A stretch of DNA of 64,000 nucleotides from Smithella sp. (GTDB taxonomy: Bacteria; Desulfobacterota; Syntrophia; Syntrophales; Smithellaceae). The stretch is taken from positions 6,402 to 70,401 of the forward strand of contig JAGOMJ010000004.1 in NCBI GenBank assembly GCA_017993615.1. Reading direction: 5' to 3'. Below are positions 27,718-37,096 of the stretch, piece after piece. Under the pieces are notes generated by a model that saw nothing but the letters and a program-made list of their open reading frames with translations, did not search any database and had not been told where the DNA came from. A program made the translations under genes and the position numbers. Every line of letters begins with the position of its first letter. Within the stretch, counting starts at the first letter, position 1.

Positions 27718-28914
27718 TTATTTTCTCTGTCGTATCTTTGTGCCTTCGCTGATCGTATCGTCAGGGTATGCTATCACTTTTTCGTTTTCTTTTAAACCGG
27801 AAATGATCTGAGCCGTTAGTCCGTTTCTCTGACCGATCTCGATAACGCGTTTGCGTGCTTTTCCACCGTGCTCAACAAAAACCGCCCAGTCTTTTCCCGC
27901 ACGGAAAAGGGCGCTTGCCGGAATCTGCAGAACGTTGTCATCTTCCCAGATTGTAAAGTGCGCTTCCATCCGGAAACCGTCACCGAGAACGCTCCACTGT
28001 TCCGGCGGCGACGTAATATCGACAATTACCAGAACCCGCTGTTCCTCGACGCCAAGGCTCGATATTTTCGTAAATCCCGCCGGTTCCACCAGACGCACCC
28101 TGCCCGTCAGCGGCTCATCATTGCCCCAGCGTTTAAACAGCACGTGTGTTCCTTGTCTGATTTTCACCGCATCCGACGAAAGGACTTCCACCCGGACTTC
28201 AAGATTTTTCGGGTCGCCGAGATCCATCAACGGCGCGCCGATGTTCACCGCACCTTCGCTTTCATGATAAATTCTAAACACGGCTCCGTTCACCGGCGAA
28301 GATACGGCAACGGCATTGCCCTGGCTTCTTACGGCTGAAAAATTCCGCAAGGCCACTCTGGCTTGTTCCAGTTCGGAACCTGCCCTATGGACCTCCGCTG
28401 CAGACGATAATTGCAGGGCGCGCGCTTTTTGCGCTTCGGCATGAATCTGGTCAAACTGATCTCTGGCAATGGAGCCCTTGTCATACAAGGCTTTTAATCT
28501 TTCCCTGCGCTGATCCAGATACGCGGCATCCGCCGCGGCCACTTTTTCGCGTTCCACGGATGCCTTCAAAGCCGCCTCGGCGGCGGAAACCGCCGCCCGC
28601 GCTGCGGCGTGGCTGCGGGGATCGAGCGCCTGCGACTGCAGGGGTTCGAGTACTGCAACAATCTGGCCCCGTTTCACATTGTCACCCACTTTGGCATGAA
28701 TGCGCTGCAGATATCCGGCAGTGGGCGCAGAAATGGTAAAGCGGTCCTTCAGGCGGGTGCGGCCTTCTTCTTCAATGGTAACCTGAAGCGGCCCTCGCGT
28801 GACAAAAACAATATCCACATCCCGCGTCTTGGGAAGAAAACCGTAAATGAGCAGGCCGGCAACGACCGCCATGATACTGAGAATGAATATTTTTCTGCGT
28901 AACACGTGATTCAT
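27718..28914 (-). CDS. HlyD-family periplasmic adaptor (membrane fusion protein)
   Basis: 398 aa. N-terminal TM anchor, Ala/Glu/Arg-rich coiled-coil centre, beta-barrel C-terminal part. Confidence 0.85.
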   Translation of the reverse strand: MNHVLRRKIFILSIMAVVAGLLIYGFLPKTRDVDIVFVTRGPLQVTIEEEGRTRLKDRFTISAPTAGYLQRIHAKVGDNVKRGQIVAVLEPLQSQALDPRSHAAARAAVSAAEAALKASVEREKVAAADAAYLDQRRERLKALYDKGSIARDQFDQIHAEAQKARALQLSSAAEVHRAGSELEQARVALRNFSAVRSQGNAVAVSSPVNGAVFRIYHESEGAVNIGAPLMDLGDPKNLEVRVEVLSSDAVKIRQGTHVLFKRWGNDEPLTGRVRLVEPAGFTKISSLGVEEQRVLVIVDITSPPEQWSVLGDGFRMEAHFTIWEDDNVLQIPASALFRAGKDWAVFVEHGGKARKRVIEIGQRNGLTAQIISGLKENEKVIAYPDDTISEGTKIRQRK

Positions 28915-28949
28915 GAAATGATCCTCTGACCCATCTGAGTTTTTTTATT

Positions 28950-31316
28950 TTATTCCCGGGTTTTGAGCACCTCGACAAGATCGAGGTTGTTGAGCTTGTG
29001 ACGGACGATACAACCGGATATCACCGCCGATACGATAACCACCAACGCCGCCTGCGCATACGTTTTAAGCTCGATCATCATCGGTATGCGGTATAGATCG
29101 GTTGTCAGAGCGTGAGCCACATAAGCGCATATCCAGTATCCTATTATAAATCCCAAGGGAATGGCAACAAGAGTTATAAACCCCAGTTCACCCAGAAGAA
29201 TATAGGCAATCTCGCCCCGGGTATATCCCAGCACGCGCAGAGAAGACAGTTCGCGGCTGCGTTCCGCCAGGGAAATTCTGGCGCTGTTGTACACCACACC
29301 GAAAGCAATGGAACAGGCCATCACTGTTGCAATAAACATAAAGAAGAGCATCGCCTTGGCCATGATTTCGTAAATGCTGCGAATCTCGTTTTGCCGGACC
29401 ACGATTTCGGCTACCCGTGGCATTTGCACAAACAACTGGAAAAGTTTTTCTCTGTGGGTCTCATCCGTTACCAGATAGGCGCCGGAGATGGCATCGCCTT
29501 CGTTGATCAGGCGGTTGAGCGCTTCCAGGTTCATGTACCCCATCACCCCCAGATACTGTTTAGCCATAGCAACAACCGGAACCTGGCGGACGGCCCGGGA
29601 CCCTTCCAGCGCCTCGACCGTCAGCAGATCTCCCGCTTTCACTCCGAGAATCTCTCCCAGATAATCCGTCAACAGAATACCGGACGGCGGCATGGAAATA
29701 CTCTTCAGATGGTTGTCCAGCAAAATGTTCAGGTGGCTGTCCGGCTGGATGCCGTTGATGACGGTTTTATAACTGCGATGACCGAATTTCATCCGCACCG
29801 GAACACTCCGGAATGCTTCGCCGCTGCTGATACCTTCCATGCGTTTCAGTTCATATACCGCCCGGTAGGACGTCGGTTCGACAAAGCTTACGGTCATATC
29901 TTCCTTCTGCGACAGGACGAATTGAATGTGCACCATGTAATCAATACAGTCCCGGAAAAAACCGCTGCAGATCATCGTCGCGCAGGCGGTTGCGATGCCG
30001 ATGATCGCCAGCACGGTCTTGACCGGCTTTCGTTCAATGTTGCGGAAGATAATACGCGACGGCTGCGACAGCCAGCGGCCGATGCCAGTTTTCTCAATCA
30101 GCGATACCCTGTATTTCACCGGCGCTTCCGGTCGCATCGCTTCTGCCGGAGTCTGCCGGGCGGCATTCCACAACGAATGCATCGTCCCGCTGAGCGCAGC
30201 GGCAACACTGATCACGACGACCGCTATCATCACTTGCGGATGGAGGATATAATGAAAAAACGGGAACCGGTAGGTTTCCATGTACAGCGCCCCCAGCATT
30301 TTGCCGAACCAGATACCGCCGGCAATCCCCAGCAACACGCCTGTGGCAATAATCATCATCACCATCGTCGCGTAATGAACGGCAATGCTGAGATTATTAT
30401 AGCCGAATGCTTTGAGCGTGCCGATCTGCTCGCGCTGCGTGCTGATGGTTCTGCTCATGACAATGTTCAGCAGAAAGGCGGCGACACAGATGAATATCGT
30501 GGGGTAAATTCTGGAACTGGTCTTGAGCTGCCGGAATTCCTCACTCAACAGCCGGTGGGAAATCTGATCCTTGCGTCCGTAAGCGCCAAAGCCGCCGTAC
30601 CGTCCCAGAATGTTGTCCAGATCCCGCACAACATCACTCAATGCCGTTCCCGGATAAACGGTTAAAACAACATCGTTGAACGCGCCTTCCATATCGTAGG
30701 CCTTGCTGATAGCCTTGCGGGTCATCCATAATGCGCCGTACCGTTTGAAATCCGGCGTCATGGCGCCCGTCTTCATCAGCAAAATGAATTCCGGAGAAAG
30801 AACAATGCCGGTGACGGTCAGTCTCTTCCATTTCCCGTTAATGACCGCCGCAAACTTATCGCCCGGATTCAGGCCATGCGCCTGCGCGAAGGTTTCGTTC
30901 ATGGCCACTTCATTATCCCGTGCGGGATCGGGAAGACGTCCTTTACGGATGTAAAGACGATTCAGCAGAGGATCACCGTCATCGGGAATGGAGGTTATCC
31001 TGGCAGTCACCGATTCCTTGAATCCCCGGATATCCAGCTTGGCCTGGGCGCAAACCCTGGTTTCCACCTGATGGACGCCTTGAATGTCATTGATCTTATA
31101 TTTGAGGGTTTCCGGCGCCCGCTTTAAATTGACGAAAACATCGGCAAAATTGTATTCGCGGTAAAACTTGCTGCGGGTAAAATCGAGAGAATGCATGGTG
31201 CTGATAAACATGATGAAGGTGGCTACGCCGCTCATCACCACCAACGTAATGGCAAACACCTGCCCTTTCATCAGCCACAATTCCCGCCAGAGTTTTCGGT
31301 TCAGCGTTTTCATCAT
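28950..31316 (-). CDS. ABC transporter permease with two FtsX domains (MacB/YbbP-like)
   Basis: 788 aa. Two repeats of a large periplasmic domain plus an FtsX-type 4-TM unit. Start codon lies 1 nt from the ATPase stop. Confidence 0.85.
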   Translation of the reverse strand: MMKTLNRKLWRELWLMKGQVFAITLVVMSGVATFIMFISTMHSLDFTRSKFYREYNFADVFVNLKRAPETLKYKINDIQGVHQVETRVCAQAKLDIRGFKESVTARITSIPDDGDPLLNRLYIRKGRLPDPARDNEVAMNETFAQAHGLNPGDKFAAVINGKWKRLTVTGIVLSPEFILLMKTGAMTPDFKRYGALWMTRKAISKAYDMEGAFNDVVLTVYPGTALSDVVRDLDNILGRYGGFGAYGRKDQISHRLLSEEFRQLKTSSRIYPTIFICVAAFLLNIVMSRTISTQREQIGTLKAFGYNNLSIAVHYATMVMMIIATGVLLGIAGGIWFGKMLGALYMETYRFPFFHYILHPQVMIAVVVISVAAALSGTMHSLWNAARQTPAEAMRPEAPVKYRVSLIEKTGIGRWLSQPSRIIFRNIERKPVKTVLAIIGIATACATMICSGFFRDCIDYMVHIQFVLSQKEDMTVSFVEPTSYRAVYELKRMEGISSGEAFRSVPVRMKFGHRSYKTVINGIQPDSHLNILLDNHLKSISMPPSGILLTDYLGEILGVKAGDLLTVEALEGSRAVRQVPVVAMAKQYLGVMGYMNLEALNRLINEGDAISGAYLVTDETHREKLFQLFVQMPRVAEIVVRQNEIRSIYEIMAKAMLFFMFIATVMACSIAFGVVYNSARISLAERSRELSSLRVLGYTRGEIAYILLGELGFITLVAIPLGFIIGYWICAYVAHALTTDLYRIPMMIELKTYAQAALVVIVSAVISGCIVRHKLNNLDLVEVLKTRE

Positions 31317-31317
31317 C

Positions 31318-32043
31318 TTACCACTGCAGCTCGCTGGCGGATTTCTTCACTTTGTTGATTTCAACACTGGCAATATGGCCGTTGCTTAAATGAATGACGC
31401 GGTCGGCCATGCCCGCGATATCCACGTTATGGGTAATGATGGCGGTAGCCGTGCCCAGTTCGCGGTTGATACGCTCCAGGGCCTGGAGCACCACAATGCC
31501 TGTTTGGGAATCGAGCGCGCCAGTCGGTTCGTCGCACAACAGCACAGCCGGTTTTTTGGAAATGGCCCGGGCGATGGCCACGCGCTGCTGCTCGCCGCCG
31601 GAAAGCTGCGCAGGAAAATGGTTCAACCTGTCAGACAAGCCGACCAGGTCAAGCGCTTGCTGGGGCGCCATGGGATCGGGAGCAATCTCCGTAACAACTG
31701 AAACATTTTCCCGGGCCGTCAGGCTGGAAATCAGATTGTAGAATTGAAAAACAAATCCGACATGAAAACGGCGGTACTCGGTCAGTTCCTTTTCCGTGGC
31801 TTTGGTCAGTTCTTTTCCTCTGTAGGACACCACACCGCCCGTGGCTGTATCGAGGCCGCCCATGATGTTCAGCAGGGTTGATTTGCCGCTTCCGGACGGA
31901 CCGAGAAGAACAACCAGTTCGCCGGCATAGAGTTCCATGGTCACCCCGCGCAAGGCATGAACGGCCACCTCGCCCATTTGATAAACTTTGGTAAGATCCT
32001 GTACCTGGAAAAATTTTTCTTTCTGCTGATTCATCCGACTCAC
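31318..32043 (-). CDS. ABC transporter ATP-binding protein (MacB/LolD/YbbA-type)
   Basis: Walker [10 protein letters not shown], signature LSGGEQQRV, Walker [12 protein letters not shown]. Confidence 0.92.
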   Translation of the reverse strand: MSRMNQQKEKFFQVQDLTKVYQMGEVAVHALRGVTMELYAGELVVLLGPSGSGKSTLLNIMGGLDTATGGVVSYRGKELTKATEKELTEYRRFHVGFVFQFYNLISSLTARENVSVVTEIAPDPMAPQQALDLVGLSDRLNHFPAQLSGGEQQRVAIARAISKKPAVLLCDEPTGALDSQTGIVVLQALERINRELGTATAIITHNVDIAGMADRVIHLSNGHIASVEINKVKKSASELQW

Positions 32044-32091
32044 CGGTTGTCTGACGGGCTGCGGGTTGACTTATAATGTGCAGGAATAATC

Positions 32092-32829
32092 TTAATATGT
32101 ATAGCTGATGGCGGCGCCGGCGGAGAACCTGTCCGCATATTGTCCTTCAACGTTCAGACGAAAACCTTTGGCAAGCGGGATATCCAGACCCGCAAAACCT
32201 CCGGCAATGGACGTGTTCTGAACAGAATAACGACCGGCAGCATATCCCCAGTCCGACACATTGGAGGAAAGAGACAGCGTTCCTTCCGAGTAATATAAAT
32301 ACGGCCCCGCATACATCGTCGAGCCGCAGGGCAGCGTCGCCTGCAAGGCGACACCGAAATGAACATCCCAGAGATCCTTCAGTTGAACATGCTTCCTGCG
32401 CTCAACGGTATCGGAAAAATCATTCAAATAATAGGTCCCCTGGACAAATGCGCCGACTCCCAGCTTCCCGCTGACCGGGTAAAAAACCTTTCCGCCCAGA
32501 GTTGCAAAGACCTCTTCGCTTTCTCTGAAAACGTCGCCTATTTTCAGATCGGCAATCCCCAGCCGGGCATATATTTCCCAGGCATTGTCAGCACCGTAGG
32601 CCGCCTGCGAATAAATCTCATTCTGCCTGATCTTCAACCCGTTGCCTTTTTCATATGTATCCTGGTGATACCGGTAACCGATGGCGGTATTCAATCCGCC
32701 GTCCTGACGGGAAACGGTCTCAAAGGCGCTGAACAATCCTGCGGCGCTTGCCGCCGGACCGGTTGTAAAAAAAACTAACGCCGTCAGAACAAAAACCATC
32801 CAATATGGTGCGCAACGTATTTTTTTCAT
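32092..32829 (-). CDS. small outer-membrane beta-barrel protein
   Basis: 245 aa. Signal peptide ending PAASAA, alternating-hydrophobic beta-strand pattern rich in G/Y, aromatic C-terminus (AAISYTY). Confidence 0.65.
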   Translation of the reverse strand: MKKIRCAPYWMVFVLTALVFFTTGPAASAAGLFSAFETVSRQDGGLNTAIGYRYHQDTYEKGNGLKIRQNEIYSQAAYGADNAWEIYARLGIADLKIGDVFRESEEVFATLGGKVFYPVSGKLGVGAFVQGTYYLNDFSDTVERRKHVQLKDLWDVHFGVALQATLPCGSTMYAGPYLYYSEGTLSLSSNVSDWGYAAGRYSVQNTSIAGGFAGLDIPLAKGFRLNVEGQYADRFSAGAAISYTY

Positions 32830-33759
32830 TTAATCCACCTTGTCCGGCCGGACCGTCTCCGGAAACGGTTCTGCTGCCGATGATCCGGAGAAAATTTTTG
32901 CCTTTCTGGCTTTAATTTGCTTGTAACGGTACTGAATGTAGGCGTCGCGAAAAGCCACATACGGATCGATGGCCGCATTTTTCAGCGCTTCATAATCGCC
33001 GATTCTCAGGGATGCGGCGTTGACCTTATCCAGGACATTCACACCCAGGCGGGCCGACCAGGGATTCAGGTAGGCAACAGGATCCAGAAAATAATTGCCG
33101 GCTATGCTGACGGTATCCCGGGGGGTGGAGGGACCGAAGACCGGCCAGACAATATAAAAACCCTGTCCCACGCCCCAGACGCCGAGAGTTTGTCCCAGAT
33201 CCGTGTTCTGCTCCTGTAAATTCAACTCCTTGCCGGAAGACGGATCCAGCAGACCGCCGATGCCCCAGACGGTATTAATGGTAAAACGTCCCGCTTCCGT
33301 CGCTGCACCTTTGAAATCAGCCTGCAGCAGACAGCTTAAAAATCGTGCGGGAAATCCGAGATTGGAAAAGAAATTATCCACACTAATGCGCGCGGGTTCG
33401 GGGACAACGGCTTTATAGCCCTGAGCTACGGGCTTGACCGCCCAGAAATACATTTTATCGTTGAACTCATGCATTGCCCTGTTGAAAGGTTCCAGAGGAT
33501 CGGCGATGGACACTTTTTCTTCTTTAGCATTGTCCCCCGCATAGTCATCGAATTCGTCCCCCGTGTATTCCTCTTCCATGGGATCAACCACAGCGGCCGC
33601 GGCGAATTGATTTGCGGGCCGGTCCGGGGAGACTGTCAGGACCACAGGCGGCGGAGATGTCTGCTCCGGCGGCAGATCAACAAATGCATGAGCGCTGCCG
33701 GGTGCGCCCCCCGACAGCATCCATATAAACGATACGAGAAATACCAAACGAGATTTCAT
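32830..33759 (-). CDS. mlaA: MlaA/VacJ-family protein (no lipobox cysteine)
   Basis: DPLEPFNRAMHEFNDKMYFWAVKPVAQGYKAVVP is typical of VacJ/MlaA. The signal peptide ends SAHA with no Cys. Its stop abuts the OMP start with 0-nt spacing. Confidence 0.85.
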   Translation of the reverse strand: MKSRLVFLVSFIWMLSGGAPGSAHAFVDLPPEQTSPPPVVLTVSPDRPANQFAAAAVVDPMEEEYTGDEFDDYAGDNAKEEKVSIADPLEPFNRAMHEFNDKMYFWAVKPVAQGYKAVVPEPARISVDNFFSNLGFPARFLSCLLQADFKGAATEAGRFTINTVWGIGGLLDPSSGKELNLQEQNTDLGQTLGVWGVGQGFYIVWPVFGPSTPRDTVSIAGNYFLDPVAYLNPWSARLGVNVLDKVNAASLRIGDYEALKNAAIDPYVAFRDAYIQYRYKQIKARKAKIFSGSSAAEPFPETVRPDKVD

Positions 33760-33826
33760 GTCATCCGACCGTATGAAAGGTTATCAGCCGGCGTGCTGCA
33801 ACACAGCCGCAGGGTCAGCAGGTTTT

Positions 33827-34423
33827 TTAATGCTGCTTAACCTTGTTTCTGAGAACTTCCAGCAATTTTTCCGGTTTGTCCTTGGACAAAATATCGTTGA
33901 ACTGCGTCCGATAATTCTGAACCAGGCTGACGTTTTCCACCACGACATCATATACTTTCCATTTTCCGTCTTTTAAAATAACGCGGTAAAAAACAGGAAT
34001 TTCCTTGGAAGAGGTGACGATCTTGCTTTGCACTTCCGCCTGGGTTGCCGAAAGCGTGGTTTCTTTATAAAAGACGACCTTTTCATTGGTATAGCTGAGC
34101 ACTTTATCGCCGTACGCTGTCTCCAGCACCTGCTCAAAAAGATTGACAAATTCCGTCCGCTGGGCAGGCGTAAAATTATTCCAGTTGCGCGTCAGGGTGC
34201 GTTTGGAAAATTCAATTTCATCGAACATCTGTTTGTATAGAACCCGGAGTTTTTCTTTTTTCAGTTCCTTGGCCGACTCGCTCTTGAGCTTGGGATCGCC
34301 CACGATACCGATGACCTCGTTGACGCATTTCTGAACGGAATCCAGCGCCGCGCCCGCATAAACAGGCAGAGAAAACATTACAATCACCAGGATGATGGCT
34401 GTTTGGGTAAAAAGTTTTTTCAT
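33827..34423 (-). CDS. mlaC: MlaC/Ttg2D periplasmic lipid-binding protein
   Basis: Start at MKKLFTQ (GAGGGAGGA RBS). C-terminal KWKVYDVVVENVSLVQNYRTQF is typical of MlaC. Confidence 0.85.
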   Translation of the reverse strand: MKKLFTQTAIILVIVMFSLPVYAGAALDSVQKCVNEVIGIVGDPKLKSESAKELKKEKLRVLYKQMFDEIEFSKRTLTRNWNNFTPAQRTEFVNLFEQVLETAYGDKVLSYTNEKVVFYKETTLSATQAEVQSKIVTSSKEIPVFYRVILKDGKWKVYDVVVENVSLVQNYRTQFNDILSKDKPEKLLEVLRNKVKQH

Positions 34424-34457
34424 GAATTTTTCCTCCCTCAACGTCGTAATAACCGAT

Positions 34458-34913
34458 CTATTGTTTTTTAACATCACCAAAAGCGTATTTGCTGATCAGC
34501 GTCTCTATGTCCAACGGTGACTGCGTTTCCAGAATAATTCCACCGGGCTCCAGCAGAGAGCCTCCGCCGCCCGGATCGATGCTGACATATTTGTCTCCCA
34601 TCAATCCTTCCGTTTTGATCGAGGCGATGGCATCGTCATAAATCTTGATGCCTTTTTGAATATTTAATTTCACCACAGCCCGTTGATTGTCCTGATCCAT
34701 GGCAATTTGTTTCACTTTGCCCACAGTCAGACCCATGACCTTTACGGAACTGTCGATCCGTAAACCGTTGACGGACGTAAATTTAGCTTCAAGGGGATAG
34801 GACGCGGCTTCCAAAAAAGACACATTTCCGAGTTTCACGGTCATATATCCGATACAGAGAAGACCGAGAAACACAAAAATTCCCACGACAGTTTCAATCT
34901 CGTATTTTTTCAT
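34458..34913 (-). CDS. mlaD: MlaD (MCE-domain) protein
   Basis: N-terminal TM helix plus MCE domain. Start set to MKKYEIE (ATG 34913), which has AAGGAG 7 nt upstream and lies 4 nt after the mlaF stop. Confidence 0.88.
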   Translation of the reverse strand: MKKYEIETVVGIFVFLGLLCIGYMTVKLGNVSFLEAASYPLEAKFTSVNGLRIDSSVKVMGLTVGKVKQIAMDQDNQRAVVKLNIQKGIKIYDDAIASIKTEGLMGDKYVSIDPGGGGSLLEPGGIILETQSPLDIETLISKYAFGDVKKQ

Positions 34914-34917
34914 GTGC

Positions 34918-36162
34918 TTACTCCTTGACGGCACATTGCAGCCGTCCGATTTCTTTTCGATGAGCTTTGGCCAGTTTTACAATTGAATCAATTTCAGCGA
35001 CCGGTGTCCCTTCCGCCATACCGGCTTTGACTGAAAAATCAACGCACCTCGTCTGAGGATCGTTTTTTTGAGCTTCGCTCCATATCTCACTCATGCCACT
35101 TTTTTGGAAATCCTCCATAAAGTCTTTGACAATGCTTTCCGTCTCGGCAATATCGGAAAAAGGAAGCACTGTCACGAATTCATTGATTTTACGACGGGTG
35201 GAGAAACCGCCGATGGCATCAAAATGTTTATCGATGTACTTTCCCATCGAATGGATGGTTTCCTGCGCCCTGTCGTAACCGATGGCGGAAACAATCGAAT
35301 TCATATCCGATAAATCAAACACAACCACACAATAGCCTTCGTCGGACTTGCGGCTTTGTAACTGGGAACGGTGCAAAACCTTAAATTGTCTTCTGGAATA
35401 AAGACCGGTTAATTCCTTTTGCAAACCTTCCAGACTGCGGATCACTTCATCGTTGAAAGGATGATCAAAATTACTCAATTCCTCCGGTGTTCCCTGAAAG
35501 ACGATGCTTTTGTCATAGAGGGCGAGAATCCGGTTGGAAATAAAGTACACATCGGGAATTTCATGACTGACCATGACCGCCGTAAAATTAAATTTTTTCT
35601 GATACTGGGCGATCATGCTCAAAATCGCGTTTTTCCGGACAGGGTCCTGACCGGTTGTCGGTTCATCGAACAAAACCACCTGGGGATCGGTAATCAACGC
35701 CCGTGCCAGCGCCGCTCTTTTTTGCATGCCTCCGGAAAGCTCCGAAGGATATTTCTGTGCGGCTTCTGTCAATTCCGTCTGTTCGATTCTGGCCATGACC
35801 CGGTCATGAATTTCGTTTTTTTTCATGGCCGTATTTTCCAGAAGCGGCAGCGCAATGTTTTCATAAACCGTCATGGAACCGAACAAGGCATTGCTTTGAA
35901 ACATGTAGCTGATTTTGGACATGGCTTCGGCCAGTTCTGTTTTCTTCATGTCGTTGATCGGTTCTCCCCGGAAAAGAATGGTTCCTTCATCGGGTTTGAG
36001 CAAGCCAATGATGTGCTTGAGCAGCACGCTCTTGCCTGAACCGCTCAGGCCGATAATAGTGGTTACTTCCCCTTCGTAAATCTGCAAATTGACCTGATCG
36101 AGAACGGTTTGTTCTCCGAATCGTTTGGTGATATTTTTGAATTCAATCAACGGTGTGTTCAT
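34918..36162 (-). CDS. mlaF: MlaF ABC ATPase fused to a C-terminal degenerate GGDEF-like domain
   Basis: aa 1-245: Walker A GLSGSGKS, signature LSGGMQKRA, Walker B VLFDEPTTGQD. aa 251-414: LTGLYSRRQF, then VVVFDLSDMNSIVSAIGY ... RRKINEFVTVLP ... SVKAGMAEG, collinear with a GGDEF domain in which GGDEF is replaced by KINEF. Confidence 0.85.
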   Translation of the reverse strand: MNTPLIEFKNITKRFGEQTVLDQVNLQIYEGEVTTIIGLSGSGKSVLLKHIIGLLKPDEGTILFRGEPINDMKKTELAEAMSKISYMFQSNALFGSMTVYENIALPLLENTAMKKNEIHDRVMARIEQTELTEAAQKYPSELSGGMQKRAALARALITDPQVVLFDEPTTGQDPVRKNAILSMIAQYQKKFNFTAVMVSHEIPDVYFISNRILALYDKSIVFQGTPEELSNFDHPFNDEVIRSLEGLQKELTGLYSRRQFKVLHRSQLQSRKSDEGYCVVVFDLSDMNSIVSAIGYDRAQETIHSMGKYIDKHFDAIGGFSTRRKINEFVTVLPFSDIAETESIVKDFMEDFQKSGMSEIWSEAQKNDPQTRCVDFSVKAGMAEGTPVAEIDSIVKLAKAHRKEIGRLQCAVKE

Positions 36163-36169
36163 ATCTTTT

Positions 36170-37018
36170 CTATACCATCAGGAGTGACGTTACGACGTAA
36201 TCCGCAACCAGAATCAATACACAGGAAATAACCACCGCTGAGGTGGTGGCCAGACCGACCGCCTTGGCGCCTTTGCTGTCCTCGCGCATATGAACAAAAT
36301 ATCCCTGATAACAGCACACGGTCGCGACAATCACCGCGAACACAAGCGATTTGACAAACCCGTTGGTCAGGTCTTCCATATCCACGTAGGACCGAATGCT
36401 GTGTGAATAAACGCCGGCATTCAATCCCATCAGAGCCACCGCGCTGACATAACCGCCGATAATGCCGATCAGATCGAATACAGTGGTTAGCAGGGGAAAA
36501 CTGACGATCGACGCGGTGATCCGGGGAGTCACCAGATAGCGAAAAGGATCGATGCGCATGGTTTCCAAAGCGTCAATCTGCTCGGAAATCCGCTGCACGC
36601 CAATTTCGGCTGTTATTGCCGATCCGGCCCTGGCCGTAATCATAATCGCGGTCAGCACAGGCCCCAGTTCCCGAATCAGCGACAGCGAGACCAGCGTTCC
36701 CAGCGATCCTTCCGCGCCGAACTGCACCAGCGCATGATAGGATTGTAGTCCGAGCACCATGCCGGTAAACAGACTGACCAGCATGATAATCGTCGTCGAT
36801 CGCGCCCCGATATAATAAATTTGCTGAATGACCTTTTGAAACTGCTTGGGATGAAAGGTTTTGAGTAAAGCCAGCACCAGAAAAATAGTGGCCGCTCCGA
36901 TGCTGTTAATCCACCGGATGACATTCCGCCCGATCAAGGCAAATGGTTTGCTCACCGTTCCCCTGAACCTCTGTGTGTCTCCAGTCCTATTCTGCTTGTA
37001 ATCATCCAAAGCTATCAA
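36170..37018 (-). CDS. mlaE: MlaE ABC permease
   Basis: 282 aa. Multi-TM MlaE/Ttg2B-type sequence (RELGPVLTAIMITARAGSAITAEIG). Confidence 0.9.
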   Translation of the reverse strand: MIALDDYKQNRTGDTQRFRGTVSKPFALIGRNVIRWINSIGAATIFLVLALLKTFHPKQFQKVIQQIYYIGARSTTIIMLVSLFTGMVLGLQSYHALVQFGAEGSLGTLVSLSLIRELGPVLTAIMITARAGSAITAEIGVQRISEQIDALETMRIDPFRYLVTPRITASIVSFPLLTTVFDLIGIIGGYVSAVALMGLNAGVYSHSIRSYVDMEDLTNGFVKSLVFAVIVATVCCYQGYFVHMREDSKGAKAVGLATTSAVVISCVLILVADYVVTSLLMV

Positions 37019-37096
37019 CAGATTTCTTCCCTTTCATTGTTCCCGGAATGCTAGCGTAAAAATTTTACATATTTAAAGCATTTCGTCAATGATTTC

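Noticed and set aside
29112-30665. 517-aa plus-strand ORF antisense to the double-FtsX permease
   Set aside because: The sense strand encodes a coherent MacB/YbbP-like permease in an operon context. The antisense translation is His/Arg/Gln-rich with no recognisable domain or RBS. I treat it as a shadow ORF.
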